From: Geosiphon pyriformis uo1
Taxonomy: Eukaryota; Fungi; Glomeromycota
Length of the DNA stretch: 64,000 nucleotides
Assembly (NCBI GenBank): GCA_016748015.1
Contig: JAAOMT010000494.1
Coordinates: forward strand, 488,190 to 552,189
Reading direction: 5' to 3'
Shown here: piece after piece, positions 11,186 to 24,000 of the stretch
Layout: every line of letters begins with the position of its first letter
Position numbering within the stretch: position 1 is the first letter of the stretch
Position numbers and translations under genes: made by a program
The notes under the pieces: generated by a model
Databases searched by the model: none
Seen by the model: only the letters and a program-made list of their open reading frames with translations
What the model was told of the DNA's origin: nothing

Positions 11186-12026
11186 TATTACTCATAGAAT
11201 ATAGAAAGTATATTAGCATATAAATTAGTCAATCAAAGATAGACATAGTAAATGTAGAATTCTAGGATTCTCATATAAAGAATTGCAAGATTCCAAAATT
11301 CCAGAATTTCTCTTAAAAAAATTGCAAAATTCCAGGAATTTTAGAATTTTTGGTGTGAAAAATTGAGAAATTGAGAAATCTTAATTATGTATATATAGTG
11401 GTAGCATTAAAAATAAAAAAGACAGATTTCTTAGTTTAGATTTAATCCAGGTAATTTTTCACATCACAAATATCAATAAATAATTATTTACTATCTCAAA
11501 TCCACTTTTTACTATCAACTCTTTATGTTAATAGTAATCAATACTTAACTACACTAGAACAATAGCTCTTGATCATAGCTATTGATGGGATACTAACATT
11601 CATTGTCTTGGCTTATTTTATTTTTTTTTGTATTTTTTTTTTGTATTATTTTGTTATTTTTTGTTGTTAACTAATTGATTAAAAGAGTAAAATACTAAGT
11701 TATTGATATCAAGAATAGCCTGATAAAAGACCCCAAAGGAAGAGTATAAAGTTTGATAATTCATGGATAGCTTATCAGAAAGGCATCTCTGCCAGATTAC
11801 CAGCCACCATGCTGAGAGAGAAATTTGACAAAATTGTAATTCCAGGAAACTACTGAAACACTATTAAATCTCTGTTTATTATACAAAAAACTCCAACCCA
11901 AACTTTCAGATTTCAAAGACTTTCAGATACAAACAATCTTTAAATATTACCAATTATTTCAAGCTATTGAACATTAAGTTACGAGTTTGTTATTTGCTTT
12001 GAGACTTCAAATAATTATCTGTAATA
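11186..12026 (+). repeat. 3' LTR of B1 (TG..CA ends mutated to TA..TA)
   Basis: TATTACTCATAGAA start and CTGTAATA end align with the B2 LTR (TGTTACTCATAGAA...CTGTAACA); preceded by an A-rich PPT. Confidence 0.88.
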
Positions 12027-12029
12027 TTA

Positions 12030-13000
12030 AGAAGTTCAAAATACAATTAAGAATCTATATTTTGAATATTATTAATTTGATCATAATTAAAAGCAACAAA
12101 ACTCATAAAAATATTGAATATGACTGTATTATATTCACAATTTAAGTAATTTTTTTGATCTTTTTGTTCATTGTCAAAGGCTAAAAATAAAAATTCTTTG
12201 AGAAGTTTTGACTGTTCTATAGCCAAACTTTTTAACCAGTTAGTAAACTTTTCATAGTAACTGAAACTTATAATATGATTATTAATATCAATAACTATTT
12301 TTGATCTTGCTACTAAGTATTTAATTGCTAAAATGGCTAAATTAATAGTGGAAACATATTTTAAGTGCTCTAATCTGTATATAACATTAACTGTTACAGC
12401 ATACTTAAAAAGCTTTTCCTCTTTATTTTAATATTCATCTTTATTATGAGTAAGAGTTTCAATAAATCTTACAATAACTGAATTTTGTTTTACAAACTAT
12501 GTTAAAAAACAATATTCTAAAAAACTATTTAGACTAAAACATTCATGATTTTTTTCAAACTTATTATATTATTATACAAATTACCTTATTTTTTTTGGTG
12601 ATTTCTGTTATAAATTTAATAAGACCTTGTTGATTATTAAATGTTTCATCTAATTGCTTCTTTAATGTTATATTTTCAAATAATAATTGCTAATTGATAT
12701 TTTCTAGTTCTTGTATTCATTTTATATAAACTTTATATATTAGATTTGGCAAGAATATTTGGACTTCAAAATCAGAAAAAGTTTTTTCTAATTCTAATAA
12801 CTTGTTATCATTAAAAAGTCTTGGTCTTTTTTTTCTGTTTTTTCTAAGTCTAAAAAAGTTGAATTATTTGATTTAGTAATTTATTTAATAAAAAACTTTT
12901 TAACAACAATCTGATTATAATGTCTTTTACATAAAGAGTATTTGTTTAGAAAGTTAAGTAATATAGTTAATCTAGGAAAATACTTAATTATTTCTATTAT
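12030..13000 (-). pseudogene. Decayed coding relic, possibly a DNA-transposon/transposase-like protein; target of the B1 insertion
   Basis: Minus strand reads ...LCKRHYNQIVV...VIVRFIETLTH...KYVSTINLAILAIKY...FLFLAFDNEQK...VIFNIFMSFVAFNYD with scattered stops. Identity is not established. Confidence 0.45.
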
Positions 13001-13519
13001 TTTTTTTGCTACAATACTAACTAATACATATTACTATCTTTAACTTTTTTTGGTCTTACATTTTACTAATTGACTTTTTTCATATTTACTAATAAGAGAT
13101 TCAAATAAACAGGGTAAGTTTTTGGCATTTATTATAAAGCAAGACATAATTTTAAATCCAATTTAATAAAAAACTACTATGTAAAATTGTGTGAATCTTT
13201 ATGGATTCTAAAACTTTGTGTTTATAAAAGTATGTTTCTACTGTTAGTTTCGATTTTTATTTAAAATATTTGATCATTAAAGTATTATCAAATTCTCTAT
13301 GCTAATAATACTGAACACTAATTAGATTACAAGAATTTTTTGTGGATTATTCCAGAATTGATCTACAAAATTTAAAATCTTCTTAACTATAATAATTGAA
13401 TGTTGTAATATTTTAAAAATTTTGTTTAATATTCTATAATTGTTTCCAAAAACTTCTTTAATTTTTTTTATTACCATAAAAAGAATGATTTTTATTAACA
13501 AATCGGAAAATCTTCTTGA

Positions 13520-15869
13520 CTGTAATAAGAGTATAAAAAACTTTTGTTCTAATAAGAATTATATAATTAGAAGTGTTCTAAAGAAATTTTTTTAAAAAAT
13601 GGTTTTGAATTATTTAGTAATTAGTAAAAAGTTGGTTTTGGAATCTAAAATGGTGAAAAACAGAATGAATAATATAATAAAAGATTGAATTAAAAGAAGA
13701 GTAATAGCCAAGGTGGTGTTAGTTCTTTGGTTTAAACAATACATATCTTTAATTTATGTTAAAAATAGGACTTTTTTGGTATTATAAAACAAATCAGCTT
13801 AGAAAAATTGACCTAAACTGTAGGAGATCTACCTAATAGTAAAACTATTGGTTTGTCTGGTATCTTAAATGAGTTGTAAAAACATTATAGTTCTGAGATT
13901 ATGAATTGTCTCTTAGTTTTATTAAATTATTGTTTGAATGTTGATATGATTTCTGTTTTGTAGAAAAAAGCTTAAGTTTCTATAATTCCAAAACTTTATA
14001 ACTGGAATGATGTATTAACCAATACTAAACCTATAATATTAATTAAAACAGCCAAAAATATTTTGTTAAAAATATTTTTAAACCAAATTTTATTTGTATA
14101 CAACAAATTTGATGTTTTCAAAGATAATAATTTTTTGGTATTAAAGAGTATGTTGACTTATTCTTTAATGTTTGCAGTTGGCTTAATTATTGAAAATGCA
14201 CTAAAAAAAACAGAAAATTGTGACTGGTTTTGTAAGACATGTATAAAGCTTATGACTTAGTTGGTTGATATTACTTAAAAAACAGCTTAAGGTACATAAA
14301 ATATGTAAGTATTTTATAAATTTTTTTGGCAGCATATATCAAAATAAGATCAATAGAATTATAATAGATTTTGGTCTTTTAGAGAGTTATTGTATACATA
14401 ATAAATTAAACTAAGATGAAATTTTTTCATTTTTTCTTTAAAAAAATTTTTATAACTTTTTTTTGTGTAAAATCAAGAGACATGAATATTTGTATAGTTA
14501 CCAAATTGATATAAGATTTGTGACCAAGACTGGCAGATTAGAAAACACAAAAGAAAAGACTTTTTTTTTGTAGCTAGAGCTTTTTTTGATAATACTATTT
14601 GAGTAGAAAATAATTAGACTTTGACTTAATAAATTTTGAATATTGTCAGTAAATTTTTTGATATTAATAATATTTCAATTAATGTTTATTGCAAGTAAGA
14701 TGTTCTAATTTGAAGAGATTTTAGGTTAAAAACTGGATTGTTTAATAATTTTATCAATAAAACTTTGTATTATTTACTATTATACAGCTTAAAATTTTTT
14801 AAATAATTACAGACTAAAAATAAAATGGCTTTAGTGGTTTTGTTTGTTAATTCTAAAAGAATTTTTGGCCATCTTTTTAATTATTATTTTTTGGATTTGT
14901 AGGTTTTGAAATGGGCTTTAGTTAATTTTTTGCAATATTTTGTTAGGTTAAAGATTAATCTTGTAAATAACTTTTTTGCTAGAATGATAAAAATTTTTCT
15001 AAATAATAAAATTTTATTGACAAACAATTTGCTACAGATTTTTTGCAGTCTAAACAGGTTTTTAATATCTAATATCTTAAGAAAAACTGCATATTACAAA
15101 ATAGTAATATCTCTAAAGCATTTTGGAGTTGTATTTAATAACAGACTTTTGAACAAACATGGTGTTTTAATGTTTTGAAAAACATTTTATTGCTAGAAAA
15201 GACTGAATTCAAGAAGTTTTGTTTTATCTTGGTTTATTAATATATCTAATTTTATAAAAGAAGTAAAGTCAGTTGTTGAAAGTAAATTGAAAGCCATAAA
15301 TTTGGTGTCTTATAACATCTTAAATTCAAATAATTTTGTATTAATTAGAGATTTTTTGTATGGAGTTTGGGCTAATGTTTTTAAAATATATACAGATGAT
15401 TCTCTTAAAGATTTAAACTTATCAGATATAGTTGAAGATACAACTGCTTATTTCTTAAATGTGAATATGAGTATAGGCATTGGAATTTTTGAAATAATGT
15501 CTTTAACAATAACTGAATTACAAACTATGGTTTTGGCTTTAAAATATGTGCTTTTTTCCAATATAGTAATCTTATACCTAGACAATTAGGTAATTATTAA
15601 TGCATGTACTTTAGAAATCAGTCTGTTTAGGGCAAACTTTTACAACTGGTGCTAGATGAAAAAATATTATATTGCTAATTTGATAAAAAATAAAGACTTA
15701 AAGATAGTTTAATCTAAAATTAAGAGTTATTTAAGTATTTTTAATAATAATTAAGCTAATAAAATAGCTGAAATTGCCACTTATTCATCTCTGTTTTTTT
15801 CTGTTGAGATTATTAAATAATACTTGGTTGCTAATAGTATGGCTGTTTTTGGTAATATGTATTACTTTG
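13520..15869 (+). mobile_element. Old, 5'-truncated LINE (L1 here), RT to RNase H part; continues at 28734
   Basis: Aligns to ORF2 of the LINE at 37500-42190 (FAVGLIIENAL, IYTDDSLK); internal deletion near 14680; very AT-shifted. Confidence 0.85.
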
Positions 15870-15921
15870 GATATACTTATTATTATTTTAAAACTTTCTC
15901 TTGTCGATCATCTGATTACAA

Positions 15922-16903
15922 TGTTACTGGAGGTTTTTGGTCTCTTTTTAGCTCTTGTATGTTTGTTGTAATGCTGTTAATTCACGATTATGGAAAGTGT
16001 TTGAACCTCCGATAACTGAATTTATCTTCAAATTATCTCCTATAATTTGAACTGCTGGGCTTATAAGTGGAATGACCAATTCCGTGCCAGTTGCTTTGTG
16101 TAGTTACATTGTAGTAAACATCAACTTTTTTCCAGGAATTGCTCGTCTGGAAGCTCACTAAAATGTGTAGTTACTTTGCTGTAAAAGTCAACTCTTCTAC
16201 AGGAATCTCATCTGTAGACTACCCTAATAATTATAATAAGAAAATAAAAGAAAGAAAATAAAAAAAATGTAAAAGAAATAGAATTCTGTCAAGGAAAACG
16301 TTTTCTATTCAGGCCTAGAATCACTAACAGTTTACTGAAATTAGTAGCTAATCAATTTCAAAATGTTAGTTGGGTTTTGAGAATTTTCTAAGTGTAATAA
16401 TTAAAGAATTTGGTTTTTCAAATTATTTGATATTTATTTTTTTTTGTGTGTATAAGAACAGTTCTAAGAGGTAAATCTAAAAGTAAAATACATTTTCTTG
16501 AAGAGAGAAGCTCTTTTTTTATACAACTTGTTATAACATTATTCTATGAACTTGAACTTTGCTCTTTTCTACAATTTTACCAAACTAAAGATACATTTCG
16601 GCGAACTACAAGTTATTTCTGCGAACTATTAGATATTTTGGTGAATTATCAATTATTTCAGCAAATTTCTACAAATTTTGGCAAACTTTTGAATGTTACA
16701 TATTTCGGGGTATTGCATGATTGATTATTGTACTTAGGTTACATTTGTGTTATGTACAAATTAGGTTATTAATTAAATGATAATTTTGGACATTTTGTTA
16801 ATGTAATAAGTAATAATTTGAAACAATAATATATGCTAATTAATGATAAGATTTATAAGGGTAATTTTATGCTAAACAATATCTCTAATTTTGTCTGGTA
16901 ACA
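15922..16903 (-). repeat. 3' LTR of A2 (982 bp)
   Basis: TGTTAC...GTAACA termini; reverse-complement homologue of 3630-4611. Confidence 0.92.
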
Positions 16904-17591
16904 TAACCTTCTCCTCAAGACTGAGCTCTGTCGAAGTCCAAGTACTGTCTGTAATTTCCAAATAATAATCCAAAATTATTGAAAAAATTTGGTCTGAAAA
17001 TTGTTGAAATTTCAGTTCTGTGAGCTTTCCAATGTATTGAATCTTCAAAGGCTGTAAAATTGGGTTTTGTAGGACATTTTTACAGGTGTGGAATAGGTCA
17101 TAAAGTCTAAGAGCAGCTCTTAGTTTATAATGACTGTTTGTAGGTCCAGCTGTTGTCTTGAATTTATTGTAGAGTTGTTTCTGAATAGCTTCTTTTGTGA
17201 GGTTTGCTGCTATAAGCTCCCATTTTTGTTTGTGAAGTGTTTTTCCAATGTAGAAATATCTATATATTGAAGTATAGTTGTAGTTTTCTTCATTAAGACA
17301 CAGTTGAAGTTTTTGTTGAATAGTAGCATTTGGTAGAATACTAATAGAGGTGAGCAATAAGTTTTCTTTTAAAACAAGCTTCAAAAGTTCTGGTAAATGA
17401 ATTCCAGAATAACTTCTTGTGTTCTTCTTATACGGATGATATTTTTGTGCATTTGGGGCTAAATTTGCAACTACTTTTGTTTGGATATAATTAATGTGGT
17501 TTTCAGTAATAGTAATGAATAATTTGGATATTGTTTTTAAAGCTAACATTAGTTTTTGGGATAATTGTTGAATGTTTTGAGGAATAGACAT
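16872..17591 (-). CDS. Gypsy accessory ORF3 (239 aa), intact, copy in A2
   Basis: Ungapped alignment with the 2942-3661 product; no stops. Confidence 0.85.
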   Translation of the reverse strand: MSIPQNIQQLSQKLMLALKTISKLFITITENHINYIQTKVVANLAPNAQKYHPYKKNTRSYSGIHLPELLKLVLKENLLLTSISILPNATIQQKLQLCLNEENYNYTSIYRYFYIGKTLHKQKWELIAANLTKEAIQKQLYNKFKTTAGPTNSHYKLRAALRLYDLFHTCKNVLQNPILQPLKIQYIGKLTELKFQQFSDQIFSIILDYYLEITDSTWTSTELSLEEKVMLPDKIRDIV

Positions 17592-17713
17592 TATAAGAGA
17601 TTTGAAAATAAAAGAAAATTATTTTTGGTGTATGGGTTTTTATGTTATTTTTGTTTTGTTTTTGTGAGATTGTTTCTAAATTATAATGATATAACTATAA
17701 TAATAAATTTAAA

Positions 17714-19099
17714 TTAAGTGTTCAAGTTGGGAGATTGTTTAATGACAACTATTGGTTCTAAATTTCGGGGAATGTCTTTGGGATTGATTAAAGAAGAATG
17801 TGTATCAATTTGTGGAATTAATGGTTCAGGATTGTTTCTAGAATTATAGTGTTTCAAATGATCTCCATGTGCAACTTTTGCTAGGATTTTGTCATCAAGT
17901 CTTAGCTTATATGATCCATTGTCTAGGATTTTATGGATAAAGAATGGTCTATTCCATTTATTTTCAAATTTTCTACTCCATTGTTTTTCGGTTTTAGTTC
18001 TGTGTAAGAAAACTTTGTTTCCAATTTTAAATTCATTGGTGACTGGTGGCAATTTGTTGTCATGCCGTTCTTTTTGTTGAGCTTGGAAGTGTTCAATGTG
18101 GTTTGCTGCTATTCGTCATTTTCTTTCCAATGTGCTAAGCAGAATGTAGGCTCTTTGTTGTAGTGTTTCCTGAAAGTTGTCTTCATTAATTGGCTGTACT
18201 GGGTATGTTTGCACTGTGAAACTAATTGGTAATGTTACTGTCCTTCCATAAGTTAAATCAAATGGTGTGTGTTTTATGGTATCTTGTTTTAGTGTTCTAT
18301 ATGCTAGTAACACTGATGGAATAAAGATATCCCATTTCTGCTCAAAATCTGTTGAGACTTTGGCTAAAGATTCACACAATGTTCTGTTAAAACATTCTAC
18401 AAGTTTATTTGTTTGTGGATGGTAGGATGAAGATAATGGTCTTTTAACATTGAATTGTTCACAGATTTCTTGAATTAGATTGTTTACAAAATGTGTTTCT
18501 TGATTGGATAAAAGTTCAATTGGGCATTCGTGTCTACAAATAATGTCTTCGTAAATGAAGTTTGCTACTGATTTTGCATCTGCTTGTTGAATGGCTCTGG
18601 CTTCAGGCCATTTGGTGAGATAATCTACAGCTACTGTGATATAATGGTTTCCTTGGTTTGTAATAAGTAGTGGTCTGACTAAATTGATACCAACTCGGTC
18701 AAAAGGCTGTCCAACTTTAATTGAATTTAAAGATTCTGTAGGGCGAGTTCCTCCTCTTCTTTGACAACTATCACAAGATTTAATGTATTCATGAATGTCT
18801 TTTCTTATTTGAGGCCAAAAGTAATATTCTAGTGTTCTTTGGGTGATGCTGTCTTTTTCTAAGTGTGCTGATGAAAGGTCTGAGTGCATATTATATAAAA
18901 TGGTTTCTTTTTCATGTTTTTGTATTAATCTGAGTGGATTGTCTGGGTTTCTGAAGTTTCAATAATAGATCATGTTGTTGTGTAAGAAGTATTGTTTGGC
19001 TTGTTGTTGTAACTGATGTTTTTTATCTGAGGACCAATCTGTTGGGATTGTTAATGTTTCCAAATATTGTTTAAGATTGTTGTAGTTTTCGGGGTTTAT
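17714..19099 (-). pseudogene. A2 integrase (separate ORF; start ATG>ATA)
   Basis: H-H-C-C (MHSD..AH..CDSC), GINLV, LSNQ, NKLVECFNRTL, KWNRPFF, LEPIVVI. Confidence 0.88.
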
Positions 19100-19145
19100 T
19101 GTTTGTTGTTTTGTTGTTAATTCAAATGGGTGTTGGTTTTGTATT

Positions 19146-20530
19146 CTAATCTTGCCTCATTCTTGAAAGACAATCAATATTGGTATGGAGTTTTCCTGGT
19201 TTGTGGTGTACAATATATTGGTAGTTAGCTAAAAATTCTGTCCATCGGGTTTGTTTGGCATTTAGCTGAGTGTTTTTATTTTGAAGCCATTTGAGTCCAA
19301 TATTATCAGTAATAATGTCGAATTTTTTAGGCCTAAGATAAAGGTTGAAGTAATATAAGGCCCAAATTATGACTGCTGTTTCTAGTTCTATGGCAGGATA
19401 GTTTTTTTTGGCTGGTTTTAATGTTCTGCTAGCATAAGCAATTACTCGCTCATTTCTATTGTCATCTAATTGTGATAAGATGGCACCAAAGACAGTGTAA
19501 GAAGCATCTGTAGCTAGTCAAAATCAGTTACTGAAGTCTGAGTAGGCGAGAATTGGAGCTGTTGTTAGCTTTTCCTTGAGAATTTCAAAAGCTTTTTGGT
19601 GTTTTTCTATTCATTTGTATTCGATGTTTTTAGTAGTAAGCTGGTTGAGGGGTTTTGCGATTTCTGAGAATCTTTTAATAAATTTTCGGTAATAGGATGC
19701 TAATCCAATAAATCCTCTTAATTCTGTGATATTTTGTGGAGTCTTGAAGTTTTTGACAGTGCTGATTTTTCTGGGGTCTGGTTTAATTCTATCTTTGCTC
19801 ACAATGTGGCCAAGAAAGACCAAACTCATTTTTCTGAAGTAGTATTTTTTAATGTTCAGTTTTAATCCTGCTTTCTGTAATCGTTGAAAAACTTTGCACA
19901 GGTGTTTTAAGTGTAATTCAAAAGATGGTGAATAAACATCAATATTATCGAGATAGACAACTACTGATTTCCAAAGGAGGTCTTTGTAAACAACGTCCAT
20001 GAGTCTTTGGAATGTTGCTGGTGTATTGCATAATCCGAAAGGCATTATGTTGAACTCATAGTTTTCTCTTTGAGTGGTGAATGCTGTTTTGGAGTGATCT
20101 TTGGGATCCATGGCAACTTGCCAGTATCCACTCTCTAAATCTAATGTTGAAAAGTATTTGGACTTCCCAAAAGCATCTAGCATGTCATCAATTCGGGGAA
20201 GAGGGTAGGCATCTCTAATGGTGACACTGTTGAGTTGTCGATAATCAACACAAAATCATATTTTTCTATTTTTCTTTTTAACTAAGACCACAGGTGAAGC
20301 TCATGGACTTATTGATAGTTAAATAAGCCTATTGTTGAGCATCCATTGTACTTCTTCACAGATAAATTGGTGACTTTCTGAAGCAACTTGGTAAACTTAC
20401 TGTTGCCTTGGTTTGGCATCTCCTGTATAGATTTGGTATTAAACCAAATTAGTTCTTTCTAAGTTATTGTTGTTTTTGGCAAAGATATTGGCAAATTCTG
20501 CAATTAGCTCTTTGAGCTGGCTCTGTTGTT
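19146..20530 (-). pseudogene. A2 RT-RNase H
   Basis: STLDLESGYWQV, YLDNIDV. The frame ends SRMRQD-TAG at 19148-19146. Confidence 0.92.
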
Positions 20531-20988
20531 GTGATTCAAGTTGTTTTATGTTAATTCAAGATAGTTTTTCTATGACAACATGGTAGTTTTCAGAGCTGGG
20601 GTTTGGGTTGATTTTTGGTAGTGAATGTCCAATAATTTCAGAGAAATCGGGGACTGTTTGGAGTAATTCTTGTTGAAAGATATTACTGTGAATAACTCTA
20701 ATTTCTAAGTTATTTAATAAAACTATGGAATAATTGTTGGGATTGTAAAAAGTAATTCAGACTTTCTTTGTTCCTTCTAGAATATAAATGTTTGGGATCG
20801 AAATATTATGTTCCAAGCAGACTTGTTTGTTGGACTCAAAAATTTGTCATGTGGTTGTTGGCTTTTCACAAGTGTAAATTTCAGGGTGTTCTCCAAAGAG
20901 TGAAATAGTAATTGGTTGTGGAAGTCATAGAATCTGGTAAGATTCATTTTGTTCATTAAGAGCTATGTTTACTAGAACTGTGAATTGT

Positions 20989-21379
20989 CCAGTTGAACCA
21001 AAATCATTGGTTCTTCTTCCACTTTTTCCCAATTGTTCTCTTTGACTGACTAATTATAAACTCGAAATGTTGATTAAGGGTAAATAAATAGCTTGAGCAA
21101 TTTTTTCAGCATGTTCAATCTGAAAAGATTTATCGGTTTCATTTTGTAACATGATTGTAATGTCTCCTGTATATTTAGCATCTATAATTCTTCCTCTAAC
21201 ATTAATTCCTTTGCTTGCCAATGATAATCATGAAGTGATTTAGACCATTGTTTCTGGTAAGATTTTGAGAGCAATTTTGAGGTTGATTTTGGTAAGGGAA
21301 TTTGGTTGAAAAACCAAAGTGTCTTTTCCTGGATATTGTAGATCGTATTCAGCATCAATTTCATGTGCTTTTTCCAGTT
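20989..21379 (-). pseudogene. A2 dUTPase domain
   Basis: DAEYDL, RGRIIDAKYTG, EKIAQAI, RRTNDFGSTG motifs with stops and a frameshift. Confidence 0.82.
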
Positions 21380-22232
21380 TTATTCCTTGTCCATTGTTGT
21401 TGAAGTATTTGAGTTATGAAACAGACTGATTTTCAATAAGATAGATAGGTGTTGTTTCAATTTCTTCTGTTGCTTCAGGTTCTTCGAATTCAATTTTGTA
21501 TTTATTACTTTTGCTGGACAATAGAATGCTAAGAGCATAGCATTCAGGACACCATTGTTTGTCACATGGCATTATACACTCCTCACATAATTTAATGTTC
21601 ATTTGCTCTAATCATTAAATTTGAGCTTCTTGGGTCGAGTAGATGTGACTTGCAATTTGGTGGTATACTTCTACTTTATTTTCATAATCAAATTCAGCTA
21701 ACTCCATGGTGTATTCAATGTATTCTGCTTCTTTCATTTAACAAACATCTTCTTTGGTAGCTCCATTAACTAATGCCATTGCTAGGTCGAAAATCATCTC
21801 AGCATCATGGGGATAGTGATAAAGTTTGTTGAAAGCATTGTTGTATGCTGCATCAAAAGGTATTCCTCTTTTGACTTTTTCTGAAATTGATAAAGCATAT
21901 TGGCAGGTTTGATCACAGACTCCTCCTTTCATTGCTATATCAATCCAATTGCATTCTTCTGATAGTATATCTCCACAAGTCAAACAAAAGGTGTTGTCCT
22001 ATTTTCCACTTCCTTTTATTAGATGGCCCCATCATTCTCTGTGGCAAGTCTTGCAGTAATAACAAGTATGATTTTCATATTCTTCTTCAGGTGAAATGCA
22101 GGCTCCCATTAAGGAGAGTTTCTTGTGACAGTCCTTGCATTTGAGTGGAATGTAAGGGTGTCATTTCTTTGATTCTGGTTTAGAATATGGGATGTTCCAT
22201 CCAGGGGTTTCTGGTTTCTCTGGATAATTAAC

Positions 22233-24000
22233 ATGTTGCAAGCCAATGGTGATAAGCATGCTAAATCTTGGGGCAGTGAAATGGACAGTAAGAAAAACAG
22301 TGTAAGTGAAGTTTCAAATATAAAGACCATAAAAAACACAATTACTGAAGAAACAAGCTACATTAACTCCAACACTTCTAAGACAGACAATATGGTGGAC
22401 AATGCTACTTCAAGGTTGACACATACTAGAACTTACATCTTGGAGAAACTGCCAAAGGGGCTTTTGTTTGGTGTCTTGAATGACAATGATGCCAATTTGG
22501 TGTTCCCAGTGCCTAAATTTGTTGGTTCTAAAAAATTGCTATTAATTGATTTGCATGTTAAAAATGTCTGGAATTTTGATTCGAGAAAATCTTTTGCATT
22601 GGATGTTGAACTTTCTGCAATACCTGGCAAAACTTCTGATAATAAGTTGTTACATTTTAAGAAAATTTTTTATCAAATTGATGGTTTTGGGGGAGCTTTT
22701 ACTCTCTTAAAATTTCCTGGAATTATCAGATTATCTTTTACTTTAGAATCTAGTTTGAAAAAGGCAAGGAATTTGGCTGTCAGTAAAAAAATTTTGGTCA
22801 ATAATAAGGTAAGAAAAGTAAACACCCATTTGGATCAGGAAGTGATAGTCAAGGAGATCTCAGTAGATCTTCCCAAATCAGCAGTTGTATCAGTTTTTTT
22901 TAAATTTGGCAAGATTGTATCAGTGAGAATGCAGTTAATTGGTCTCTAGCAGAAAGCCTGGGTGGAATTTGAATCATCAGATATGGCTAACACAGTTGCT
23001 ACCAAATAGTCAGTTCTTATGAGAAAAAATTCAGTAAGGGTGGCATTGGTTGTTGGTGATAAACAAACATGGATATTAAAGAATTATTATCAGGCTTTGC
23101 TCTACACCTTGCCAATTAGTACTATTGCACATAATTTATTTGAGCTATTAGCTTCTTATGGTGGAAAAACATGTTTCATTAACCACAATCCAGTTTTATA
23201 TGCTTGTAACAGATGTGCAGTGGTTTGTTTTGATAGTGAAGAATTGAAAAATGATACAATTGGTTCTCTGCCAGTTTTTAGGAGTGTAAATTTGAGGTGG
23301 GCTGGTCTTTCTCTGGCTTGCTGTGCTAAGTATGAATAATTTGGTCATGTTTCTGATGATTGTTCTGTGAGTAGAAATTCTGGTGCTCATGAGAAATAGA
23401 TAATGATCTTTTAAGATCAGGTCCACTTGGCTAGTATATATAAAAAGAAACAGACACCTATTGCTCGTCCAGCTTTTTTTGGTGTAAAACTTGGGTGCAA
23501 GTTGCCAGTGGTTCTCCTTCTCATGTTATTCTTCATCTTCATTAAATATGAGAGTAGTATCGGGTACAGAAACCTTTTACACAGCTTTTGTTTCTTTTGA
23601 TGTTTCTAATTTTAATAATCATCTGGCTTCTTTGAAGTGCTCTCTGGAGCTTGTGGTGGACCAGATTTCTGACATATTGAAGAAATTTAATTTTGTTGAT
23701 TTGGTGCTCCTGTCTTCATTTCCTCAAGTGTCTTCTTCAGTTGCTTCTGCTTCTTTGGTATTAGATTTGGTTTCAGATATGGTTGTGAATAGTGTGTTGG
23801 CGCCACCCATCCCTTTTCTTCCTAATGTTGATGTTTTAATCTCTGATTTCAGTCCCAGCAGTTCGAAGATTCTAACCACCAAAGTGTGTGGTTTGGAGTT
23901 GAAGATGGTGGCTTTAGGAGTGTCAATCTATTTAGTACTAGCTAGATTGGATCTTTTGGGCTCTAGTTTGGGTTTCCTATTCTCTTTTTCTTTCCAATGA
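22233..24000 (+). pseudogene. L2 ORF1 (RRM-like region, CCHC knuckle relic, C-terminal coiled coils), 5' end deleted
   Basis: Homologous to ORF1 of L3 and L4 (KSFALDV, GFGGA, FGKIVS.RMQLIGL). Its stop overlaps the ORF2 start (ATGA). Confidence 0.85.

Larger units (their letters stand above)
4612..12026 (+). mobile_element. Ty3/Gypsy family B, copy B1 (heavily decayed; interrupted by A1 and by a solo LTR)
   Basis: Collinear with B2: Cys-rich region, dUTPase, RT, RNase H, integrase, ORF3 relic, 3' LTR 11186-12026. Confidence 0.92.
15922..22223 (-). mobile_element. Ty3/Gypsy family A, copy A2 (5' LTR, gag and protease deleted)
   Basis: 3' LTR 15922-16903, ORF3, integrase, RNaseH-RT, dUTPase and Cys-rich region; abrupt junction with LINE ORF1 at about 22224. 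Confidence 0.93.
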
